Assembly (NCBI GenBank): GCA_019358935.1
Contig: JAHHIK010000110.1
Coordinates: 1 to 27,073 of the forward strand
DNA length: 27,073 nt
Direction of reading: 5' to 3'
DNA from: Tolypothrix carrinoi HA7290-LM1
GTDB taxonomy: Bacteria > Cyanobacteriota > Cyanobacteriia > Cyanobacteriales > Nostocaceae
Shown: positions 8,219-16,089 of the stretch, piece after piece
Layout of the letters: each line of letters starts with the position of its first letter
Numbering within the stretch: the first letter of the stretch is position 1
Notes under the pieces: model-generated
Seen by the model: the letters and a program-made list of their open reading frames with translations, nothing else
Database searches by the model: none
Told to the model about the DNA's origin: nothing
Translations under genes and position numbers: made by a program

Positions 8219-9715
8219 ATGCTGATTTCCTCCTCTGGCTTGTCCAAGGTAAAAGACTCAGTAACAGAAAAAATTTTCTTCGGCAACGAACCCTCTGCCG
8301 AGTTACTTGCCATTCTTACGGTTTACTTAGTCCAAGGAATCTTAGGCTTGGGGCGTCTAGCCGTCAGCTTTTTCCTCAAAGATGAACTGGGACTAACTCC
8401 GGCTCAGGTTTCAGTACTAATGGGCATTGTCGCTATACCTTGGATTATCAAGCCACTGTTTGGTTTTATGTCCGATGGCTTGCCGATATTTGGCTATCGA
8501 CGACGCCCATACTTGATTTTATCGGGAATACTCGGAGCAATTTCTTGGGTGAGCCTCGCAACAATTGTTCATACTGCCTGGGCAGCTACTGGTGCGATCG
8601 CTCTTGGTTCTTTATCTGTCGCTGTTAGTGATGTCATAGTTGACTCACTGGTTGTCGAACGAGCTAGAGGAGAATCTCAAGCAAAAGCAGGTTCCCTACA
8701 ATCCCTTACCTGGGGTACTTCCGCCTTCGGAGGTTTGATCACAGCTTACTTTAGCGGAATGCTTTTACAGCATTTCACTACCCCCAATATCTTTTTGATT
8801 ACAGCCTCATTTCCGCTCATCGTTTGCGGGGTAGCTTGGTTGATTGCGGAAACACCTGTAAGCAAAACCCAACGGGAGAGGCAGTTCCCCACCCTTCGCA
8901 CGCGCCAAGACGGGGACTGCCTCACCAACGAAGATAACAACCACAGCAACTCCCCAACAATCAAGCATCAATTAAGCCAATTACGCAAAGCCATTTCTCA
9001 AAAAGCGATTTGGCTACCAACAGCGTTTCTCTTCATCTTGCTAGCAACGCCAAGCGCTGACTCAGCCTTTTTCTTTTTCACTACCAACGAACTGCACTTT
9101 CAACCAGAATTTTTAGGACGAGTGCGTTTGGTGACGAGTATTGCTTCTTTAGTTGGTGTCTGGATTTTTCAGCGTTTCCTAAAAACCGTTGAGTTTCGCG
9201 TCATCTTTGGTTGGAGTACCGTTATTTCCACAGTTTTGGGAATGACAATGCTGCTGCTGGTAACTCACACTAATCGGGCTTTGGGTATAGATGACCACTG
9301 GTTTAGTATCGGTGATAATCTCATTATCACAGTGATGGGACAAATTGCTTATATGCCAGTATTGGTGCTAGCAGCGAGGCTGTGTCCCCCAGGAGTGGAA
9401 GCGACATTATTTGCCCTCTTGATGTCGATCACAAACTTAGGCGGACTGGTTTCCCACGAATTAGGGGCAGTCTTAATGCATCAGCTAGGTATTACCGAGA
9501 CAAACTTCGATGCTATGTGGTTGTTAGTAGTAATTGCTAACCTCAGTCACCTTTTACCATTGCCATTCCTCAGCTGGCTGCCGACTGCGGACTCTCTAAA
9601 AGAAACAGCAAAAACATTGCCGCCAGCATCAGCAAACAATACAGAACAAGCGTTTGTACCTGATTTGATGCCTGAATTGATCGTGCGAGAACTAGAGTCA
9701 GAAGTAGCAGAATAA
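8219..9715 (+). CDS. Folate/biopterin transporter (BT1 family, MFS)
   Basis: PWIIKPLFGFMSDGLPIFGYRRRPY and CPPGVEATLFALLMS motifs; many hydrophobic helices. Confidence 0.94.
   Translation: MLISSSGLSKVKDSVTEKIFFGNEPSAELLAILTVYLVQGILGLGRLAVSFFLKDELGLTPAQVSVLMGIVAIPWIIKPLFGFMSDGLPIFGYRRRPYLILSGILGAISWVSLATIVHTAWAATGAIALGSLSVAVSDVIVDSLVVERARGESQAKAGSLQSLTWGTSAFGGLITAYFSGMLLQHFTTPNIFLITASFPLIVCGVAWLIAETPVSKTQRERQFPTLRTRQDGDCLTNEDNNHSNSPTIKHQLSQLRKAISQKAIWLPTAFLFILLATPSADSAFFFFTTNELHFQPEFLGRVRLVTSIASLVGVWIFQRFLKTVEFRVIFGWSTVISTVLGMTMLLLVTHTNRALGIDDHWFSIGDNLIITVMGQIAYMPVLVLAARLCPPGVEATLFALLMSITNLGGLVSHELGAVLMHQLGITETNFDAMWLLVVIANLSHLLPLPFLSWLPTADSLKETAKTLPPASANNTEQAFVPDLMPELIVRELESEVAE
8868..8924 (-). 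repeat. 57-nt structured mini-element inserted in-frame in the BT1 gene
   Basis: Minus strand TGA-GGCAG-TCC...GGA-A-CTGCC-TCT-CCCGTTGGG. Removal gives AGC AAA ACC AAC GAA GAT (SKTNED). Confidence 0.8.
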
Positions 9716-9765
9716 AAAGGATTAGGAAGAAAGAAGACAAAGAAGACAAGGGATCGCACAAAGCA

Positions 9766-9788
9766 GTAGGGGCGGGGTTTCCCCGCCC
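9766..9788. repeat. GTAG-headed GC-rich hairpin (REP-like)
   Basis: GTAG-GGGCGGGG-TTT-CCCCGCCC between the BT1 and carotenoid oxygenase genes. Confidence 0.65.
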
Positions 9789-9860
9789 AATGCAATATGA
9801 TGCGATCGCGCCCAATTTATAATCCAAAATTCTAAATATCAAATATAAAACAAAATTACT

Positions 9861-11363
9861 ATGCAGAGTTTTCAACTTTACGAACACGCTTCGACAATTC
9901 CTGATAAATCTTACACTCGCGGAGATTGGCAAGAGGGATATCAATCTCTCAAAGAAGAATTTGATTATTGGATTGATGATGTTGAAGGAGAAATTCCACC
10001 AGAACTAAACGGTACGCTGTTTAGAAATGGTCCGGGATTATTAGATGTAAACGGGCAACACATTCATCATCCATTTGATGGTGATGGAATGATTAGCCGG
10101 ATTTCATTCTCCAATGGTCGCGCTCACTTTCGCAACCGTTTTATCCGCACAGAAGCTTATTTAGAAGAACAAAAAGCTGGTAAAATCCTTTATCGCGGTG
10201 TCTTTGGTACGCAAAAACCCGGTGGTTGGCTAGCTAATATCTTCGACTTTAAACTGAAAAATATTGCCAACACCAATGTTATTTATTGGGGTGATAAACT
10301 ATTGGCGCTGTGGGAAGCAGCAGAACCTCATCTTCTCGATCCCCACACGTTGGAAACTTTAGGTAAAGAACACTTTAACGGTGTTTTGTCAGAAGGTGAA
10401 GCTTTCGGCGCACATCCACGCTTCGATCCAAGTTCTGCTAGAGATAACGGTGCTACTTGTTTGGTAAACTTTTCTATCAAGCCGGGACTATCCACGACAA
10501 TTACAATTTTTGAGTTAGATATAACTGGCAAGATTGTCAGAAAACACGCTCATAGTGTTCCCGGTTTTTGTTTCATCCACGATTTTGTTATTACTCCCAA
10601 TTACTGCATACTCTTTCAAAATCCTGTCGCTTTCAATCCTATACCTTTCGCTTTAGGAATCCGTGGTGCTGGAGAATGCATTAAGTTTCAGCCAAATCAG
10701 CCAACTCAGATTATAATCATTTCCCGCAACCCCCAAGAAAAGGGCGTAAAAATTCTCGAAACTCAATCAGGTTTTGTCTTTCACCACGCTAATGCTTTTG
10801 AGCAAGGCGACGAAATTGTTGTAGACTCAATTTGTTACGAATCTTTTCCAGAAGTCGAACCCGAAAGCAATTTTCGCCAAGTTGATTTTGAAGCACTTTC
10901 ACCCGGACATTTATGGCGGTTTCATCTCAACCTTAAGGATAAGACGGTGCGACGGGATTTGTTACTAGACAGGTGTTGTGAGTTTCCCAGCGTGCATCAA
11001 GATAAAGTCGGACACCCCTATCGTTATTTATACATTGGTGCGGCTGATGCCAAAACTGGTAATGCACCTTTGCAAGCTTTTGTCAAGGTGGATTTAGAAT
11101 CTGGGGAAAAACAACTTTGGAGTGCTGCGCCGCGTGGGTTTGTCAGTGAGCCGATTTTTGTACCGCGTCCAGGTTCTGACAAAGAAGATGATGGCTGGGT
11201 GCTAGCTTTAGTTTATGATTCGACTCATCACCGCTCAGATGTGGTGATTTTAGATGCTAGTGATTTCAGTAAAAGACCAGTTGCACGGCTGCATCTGAAA
11301 CATCATATTCCCTATGGTTTGCATGGCAGCTTTACGAATGAAGTGTTTGCACCACTTAATTGA
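9861..11363 (+). CDS. Carotenoid cleavage oxygenase (RPE65/CCD family)
   Basis: GTLFRNGPG, HPFDGDG, ANTNV, candidate iron-ligand histidines in GAHP, IHDF, FHHAN, GLHG; EFP and EDDGW motifs. Confidence 0.94.
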   Translation: MQSFQLYEHASTIPDKSYTRGDWQEGYQSLKEEFDYWIDDVEGEIPPELNGTLFRNGPGLLDVNGQHIHHPFDGDGMISRISFSNGRAHFRNRFIRTEAYLEEQKAGKILYRGVFGTQKPGGWLANIFDFKLKNIANTNVIYWGDKLLALWEAAEPHLLDPHTLETLGKEHFNGVLSEGEAFGAHPRFDPSSARDNGATCLVNFSIKPGLSTTITIFELDITGKIVRKHAHSVPGFCFIHDFVITPNYCILFQNPVAFNPIPFALGIRGAGECIKFQPNQPTQIIIISRNPQEKGVKILETQSGFVFHHANAFEQGDEIVVDSICYESFPEVEPESNFRQVDFEALSPGHLWRFHLNLKDKTVRRDLLLDRCCEFPSVHQDKVGHPYRYLYIGAADAKTGNAPLQAFVKVDLESGEKQLWSAAPRGFVSEPIFVPRPGSDKEDDGWVLALVYDSTHHRSDVVILDASDFSKRPVARLHLKHHIPYGLHGSFTNEVFAPLN

Positions 11364-11500
11364 GAAATGAGGATAGGTAGATCGCCCATGAAGAGATTTT
11401 AGTATTTGTCAGGGGCGATCGCTATCCTTGATTTGGTCTAACTATCACACCCATCTTCATCCTCAGAAAAATATAATATTTTCTTAACATATTTTCCAGA

Positions 11501-12177
11501 ATGCCAGCTAGAGATACCATCCACGAAATCGTCAAACAAGCCATAATAAAAGATGGATGGAATATCACCGATGATCCCTATGTTATTTCCTATGGCGACC
11601 GCTTCTTGTTTGTAGACCTGGGAATACAGGGACGTTTTATTGGGGCTGAACGTGAAAATAGCCAGATTGCGATTGAGATTAAAGAATTTCGAGGTCGATC
11701 TGCGCTCGCTGATTTAGAACAAGCCATAGGACAGTATGTGTTATATCGACTACTGCTTAAAAGAGTTGACCCAGAACGGGAAATTTATCGCTTCGCTCCT
11801 GGGTGTGGGGGAGCCACTGCGGTGGACGGGTTTCCCGGCATAAAGCAAGTGGCGTTGTGGGGTGTGGGGTGTGGGGAATACCTTGAAGATTGCTTGAAGA
11901 TTGCTTGACTGAGCAATGGGGTCTAAAACCCCACCGTCTTTTACGGTGTATAAAGGCGCGTTGGGGTTTGAATCCCCATCTAACCGAACCCTACACCCCA
12001 CACCCTACCCCCTTACACCCTGTTCAACTGGCTATTTCTGATATAACCTATGATGAAATATTTAACGAGCCAATTGGTGAAGTTGTGATTAGTGACTTAC
12101 CAATGCAATTACTGGTTGTAGATGTTGAAAAAATAAAGGTGAAACTATGGATACCGCCGCGCTCCGGGAAGTTGTAA
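11501..12177 (+). pseudogene. xisH: XisH-family protein interrupted by a 239-bp insertion
   Basis: MPARDTIHEIVKQAIIKDGWNITDDP...IAIEIKEF...AIGQYVLY...PEREIY ends at 11788 and resumes as LAISDITYDEIF at 12028. The rejoined frame is 145 aa. xisI follows. Confidence 0.9.
11789..12027 (+). mobile_element. 239-bp non-coding insertion, candidate non-autonomous IS200/IS605-type element, with a nested 45-nt unit at 11811-11855
   Basis: Follows TTAT, ends in TCAA, no target duplication; inverted TGTGGGG / CCCCACA-type arms; internal hairpins. Confidence 0.75.
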
Positions 12178-12467
12178 AGCAGGTGATTATTCGCTATGCT
12201 CAATTGCGTCCCTCACATGGGAATATCCGACTGGATACCGTGTTTGATGAAACCCAAGATCGTTATGCTCTAATGCAAGTCGGTTGGGATCGGCGGCGGC
12301 GAGTTCGAGGAAATCTAATTTACGTAACCTTGCAAGATAGTAAAATTTATGTTGAATATGACGGTATGGAACATGGTATTACCGAAGACTTAATTGATGG
12401 GGGAATTCCTGAGTCACAAATCGTACTATCTTTTTTGCCTGAAGCATCAATCGCTATAACTGCTTAA
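12147..12467 (+). CDS. xisI: XisI-family protein
   Basis: FDETQDRYALMQVGW, IYVEYDGMEHGITEDLIDGGIPESQIVLSF; overlaps the xisH 3' end. Confidence 0.92.
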   Translation: MDTAALREVVKQVIIRYAQLRPSHGNIRLDTVFDETQDRYALMQVGWDRRRRVRGNLIYVTLQDSKIYVEYDGMEHGITEDLIDGGIPESQIVLSFLPEASIAITA

Positions 12468-12722
12468 AAGAAAAAAATTCTTAACAAGCGGCGTTGCTGA
12501 ATGACGGGCACAGATATAACAAGCTATGTCTGTAGCCATCGTGTATTACATTCAATTGAAAAACCTTTTAACTAGTAACTTAGAAAACTAAAATAAGCCT
12601 CTGCTAAACGGTATATGTACACAGTCGCGTAATATTGGCTCTTTAGAATGAGGGAACTACAATATTAGCTTTATAAACTGATACCTGTAGATTTACGTGA
12701 TGTGCGTCATCAAATTTAACTT

Positions 12723-13028
12723 ATGGCTAGTAAAACAGATAAGAAAAGTGCTGCTCATGACGAAGATTCAACTAAAAAAACGTCTCAGAAGAATGCAGCA
12801 GATACAACAAATGACAATGGGGATAGCCAAGAGCTAGATTCACTGATTTCTACCCTAGAGGGAGATTTATCTGCATTAGACAACGATGCTGCTTTCAGTT
12901 TGCTGGATCATTGGTATGACGCTTTACATAAAGCTTCGGAACCAGAAATCAAAGAGATAGCGACTAACCTCAAGGATTTAAAAAAACTCCTCAAAAGTGG
13001 TAAAGCTACTGGTCATGAAATTGGTGAG
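12723..13028 (+). pseudogene. Hypothetical helical protein interrupted by IS copy B
   Basis: The ORF runs into the IS right end at 13029; the last 14 aa of the ORF-track protein (LTLPALKRRGFLVP) are IS-derived. Confidence 0.65.
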
Positions 13029-14364
13029 TTGACACTCCCCGCTCTAAAGAGACGGGGATTCTTGGTTCCCTGACTCGCCGTTAGACAGCAGGCTTGCGCC
13101 AACTGCCCAAGAGGGCAAATCTCCCCAAGCGTAAGTTCCTGTGTGCCCCACAGTACTGAGTCCTAATCTCAAGATATTGATGGCTGCATTCACGTCTCTG
13201 TCTTCGGTGTAGCCGCAGTGCGGACAGACATGAGTTCTAGTAGACAGAGACTTTTTAACTTTTTTGCCACAGTTAGAGCAATTCTGACTTGTATTGTGGG
13301 GAGGAACAGCAACCGTTACTTTCCCATACTTGTGACCAAAATACTCTAACCATGAGCGGAAAGTTGACCATCCAGCATCACTAATTGACTTAGCCAAATG
13401 TCGATTTCTTACCAGCCCTTTCACATTCAAGTCTTCATAGGCTACCAAATCGTTAGATTGGATGACGGAGTACGCTAGTCTCTTGCAGTACTCTTTTCGC
13501 TGCCTACTTACTCTTAAATGCTTCCGAGCATACCTATTTCTAGCTTTGTGGTAGTTGGTTGATTGCGGTCGCTTCGCTTTCTTCTTTGCTTTATCGTATT
13601 TCTTGGATTTTTTGCGGTTAGCACGATTAAGGTGCTTTTCAGCCTTACGGTAAAACTGGGGAGATTGTTCAACATTGCCTTTATTATCAGCAATGAAGTA
13701 TTTCAATCCCAAGTCAATACCGACCATCTCTTTGGTTGGATCGGTTTCAATCCTGACATCAACATCAATCGCAAATTGAGCATAATATCCATCGGCGCGA
13801 CGTACCAATCGGACACGCTTAATTTGTTTTATGTTGTAATAGTTTAAGTCATAGGTTCCCTTTAATTTTAGAGTCCCTATTCCTTTTTTATCCGAGAAAG
13901 TTATGGCTTTACGGTTATTAGAAAGTTTCCAGCCTGACGTTTTGTATTCAACAGACCGGCAGTGTTTTTTAAACTTTGGAAAACCTTTTTTGCCTTTAAC
14001 TTTTTTCTTGCAGTTATCGTCAAACCGAGATATTGCGCTCCAAGCACGTTCAGCCGCAGATTGTCTAGCCATTGAATTGAGTTCCGAAGCAAAGGGAAAT
14101 TCAGCCGCTAGTACGGCGCAATATTTGTTCAATGCATACTTGTCAATTTTCAAGTTTTTGCTGTCCATCCAGTGTCTTAGACATTTGTTTTGAATGAATT
14201 GACTAGCACGAATAGCGTCGTCTATTGCACGATACTGCAAGTCTATACCTTTAACTTTGAACTCGTAAATTATCATTTGGCTCGACCTAACCAACTACTC
14301 TCTTATGCTAGCACATTTACATAAAGCCGTCCTAGAAGGACGGGGTTTTAGACCCAAAATTTCG
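13029..14364 (-). mobile_element. IS200/IS605-family element, tnpB-only, copy B
   Basis: Minus strand: target TTAT (14368-14365), left hairpin CCGTCCTTCTAGGACGG, right end GAATCCCCGTCTCTTTAGAGCGGGGAGTGTCAA. Confidence 0.92.
13044..14276 (-). CDS. tnpB: RNA-guided endonuclease TnpB
   Basis: GIDLG, AYEDL, DRDVNAA; zinc finger CSNC/CPHC; ATG at 14276 (MIIYEFK), with an alternative TTG at 14294. Confidence 0.95.
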   Translation of the reverse strand: MIIYEFKVKGIDLQYRAIDDAIRASQFIQNKCLRHWMDSKNLKIDKYALNKYCAVLAAEFPFASELNSMARQSAAERAWSAISRFDDNCKKKVKGKKGFPKFKKHCRSVEYKTSGWKLSNNRKAITFSDKKGIGTLKLKGTYDLNYYNIKQIKRVRLVRRADGYYAQFAIDVDVRIETDPTKEMVGIDLGLKYFIADNKGNVEQSPQFYRKAEKHLNRANRKKSKKYDKAKKKAKRPQSTNYHKARNRYARKHLRVSRQRKEYCKRLAYSVIQSNDLVAYEDLNVKGLVRNRHLAKSISDAGWSTFRSWLEYFGHKYGKVTVAVPPHNTSQNCSNCGKKVKKSLSTRTHVCPHCGYTEDRDVNAAINILRLGLSTVGHTGTYAWGDLPSWAVGASLLSNGESGNQESPSL

Positions 14365-14446
14365 ATAAATGTGCGCTCTAGTTTTTTCATTAGCTACATT
14401 GCGATAAATCTAACTACAGATAGATAAATAAAAACACTCAACCGTC

Positions 14447-14475
14447 GTATAGACGTTCCACCGGAACGTCTCTAC
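14447..14475. repeat. REP-like palindrome, family A copy 2
   Basis: GTATAGACGTTCC-ACC-GGAACGTCTCTAC, one mismatch in the stem. Confidence 0.8.
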
Positions 14476-14530
14476 AAATGTTTAATTTCATATTTCAGCT
14501 ATTGCTATATTCTCAAATCTCTCAAAAAAC

Positions 14531-14546
14531 TGTAACGAAATTTACA
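14531..14546. promoter_or_regulatory. Candidate NtcA-binding site upstream of glutamate dehydrogenase
   Basis: TGTA-ACGAAATT-TACA matches GTA-N8-TAC with AT-rich flanks, about 90 nt before the ATG. Confidence 0.6.
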
Positions 14547-14634
14547 AAATATCGGTTTTTTAGAAAAAAAAAGGATAAGCTAGCCATATATATATATCCG
14601 GTTCGCGTAGATACCGCGATTAGGAGAAGATTTT

Positions 14635-15924
14635 ATGGTTTCAACACCCCTGTTATCGCACTCAACTGCTTCCCCAGCGCACATTTGCCCATTTGACCAA
14701 GCCTGTAGTTACTTAGAGGCAGCGGCGAAAGAATTAAATTTAGATCCAGGTCTATTAGAAATACTTAGCCACCCGCGTAAGGTAGTTACAGTTTCCATTC
14801 CTGTAAAACGGGATAACGGTGAAGTGCAAGTTCTCGCTGGACATCGGGTGCAGCACTGCGATATTTTGGGACCCTACAAAGGTGGCATTCGCTACCATCC
14901 GGCGGTGACATTGCGGGAGGTGTCAGCACTGGCTATGTTAATGACCTGGAAATGTGCGTTGCTAGGTATTCCCTACGGTGGTGGTAAGGGAGGTATTGCG
15001 ATAGATCCAAAACGCTACAGCGTCGGTGAATTAGAACGAATTACCCGACGTTACATGAGCGAGTTGATTAAAGATATCGGTCCGAGTGTGGATATACCTG
15101 CACCAGACATGGGTACTTCAGCCCGTGAGATGGCTTGGATGATGGATACCTACTCTGTAAATGTTGGTCATGCTGTGCCTGGGGTTGTGACTGGTAAACC
15201 GCTTTCAATTGGGGGTTCGCGGGGACGGGAAATGGCAACCGGACGCGGTGTAATGATTGTAGTACGTGAGGCGTTAGGCGATCGCTCGAAATCCCTAGTT
15301 AATGCGCGAGTAGTAATTCAAGGATTTGGTAACGTAGGTAGTGCAGCAGCTTTATTGCTACATGAAGCGGGAGCGAAAGTTATCGCCGTTTCCACAGGTT
15401 CAGGAGGAGTTTTTTCGGAAACTGGTCTTGATATCCTTGCATTGAAAGCTTATGCTGCCCAGAACCGTAAAAGTATTGCTGGTTTCCCCCAAGCATCACC
15501 AATTACCAATGACGAGTTACTAACTTTACCTTGTGATGTGCTAATTCCGGCAGCTTTGGAAAATCAAATCACTGAGAAAAATGTGAATCAAATCCAAGCG
15601 CAGATTGTTGCAGAAGCGGCTAACGGTCCTGTGACGCTTGAGGCAGATAGATCGCTACAAGCGCGGGGTGTAACCGTGTTACCGGATATTTTAGCGAATG
15701 CGGGCGGTGTTGTGGTGAGTTATTTGGAGTGGGTACAAGGTCTTTCTTACCTATTTTGGGATGAGGAACGTGTCAATCGAGAAATGGAACAGTTAATGGT
15801 GCAAGCTTACGTAAGAGTGATACAACAATCGAAGGTGCAGCAAATTCCTTTGCGGTTAGCAGCTTACACGCTGGGGGTTGGTCGTGTAGCGCAAGCGTTG
15901 AGCGATCGCGGACTTTATCCTTAA
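14635..15924 (+). CDS. gdhA: Glu/Leu/Phe/Val dehydrogenase, probably glutamate dehydrogenase
   Basis: GPYKGGIRYHP, MTWKCA, GGGKGG, DIPAPDMGT, QGFGNVG, EAANGP, NAGGVVVSYLEW. Confidence 0.93.
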   Translation: MVSTPLLSHSTASPAHICPFDQACSYLEAAAKELNLDPGLLEILSHPRKVVTVSIPVKRDNGEVQVLAGHRVQHCDILGPYKGGIRYHPAVTLREVSALAMLMTWKCALLGIPYGGGKGGIAIDPKRYSVGELERITRRYMSELIKDIGPSVDIPAPDMGTSAREMAWMMDTYSVNVGHAVPGVVTGKPLSIGGSRGREMATGRGVMIVVREALGDRSKSLVNARVVIQGFGNVGSAAALLLHEAGAKVIAVSTGSGGVFSETGLDILALKAYAAQNRKSIAGFPQASPITNDELLTLPCDVLIPAALENQITEKNVNQIQAQIVAEAANGPVTLEADRSLQARGVTVLPDILANAGGVVVSYLEWVQGLSYLFWDEERVNREMEQLMVQAYVRVIQQSKVQQIPLRLAAYTLGVGRVAQALSDRGLYP

Positions 15925-15932
15925 ATTCAACA

Positions 15933-15970
15933 TATTGTAGAGACGTTCCGAACCGAACGTCTCTACAATA
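15933..15970. repeat. REP-like palindrome, family A copy 3; possible terminator or stabiliser between convergent genes
   Basis: TATTGTAGAGACGTTC-CGAACC-GAACGTCTCTACAATA, 16-bp stem, just after the gdhA stop. Confidence 0.8.
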
Positions 15971-16008
15971 GACAATTGAGTGGAAAACAATTATGCGTTG
16001 CCCGAAGT

Positions 16009-16036
16009 GTAGGAACAATTCATGAATTGTCCCTAC
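16009..16036. repeat. REP-like palindrome, family B copy 2
   Basis: GTAGGAACAATTCATGAATTGTCCCTAC; relative to 3982 a T-A pair has become a C-G pair. Confidence 0.8.
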
Positions 16037-16089
16037 GACGCAGGACACGACGTTTGTCTAATTCATTCCACGTTGGATGTAACGTCTGA

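Noticed and set aside
11882..11908. CTTGAAGATTG direct repeat, and the dispersed palindromes, as a CRISPR array
   Set aside because: An 11-bp tandem duplication without spacers; no regular repeat-spacer periodicity and no cas genes in the window.
11501..12467. xisH/xisI as evidence of an fdxN excision element
   Set aside because: No xisF-like recombinase or interrupted nif/fdxN gene here; stand-alone xisHI pairs are common.
4190..14276. Nuclease-dead TnpB (TldR-like) candidates
   Set aside because: Both proteins retain all three RuvC acidic residues and lie within recognisable IS ends.
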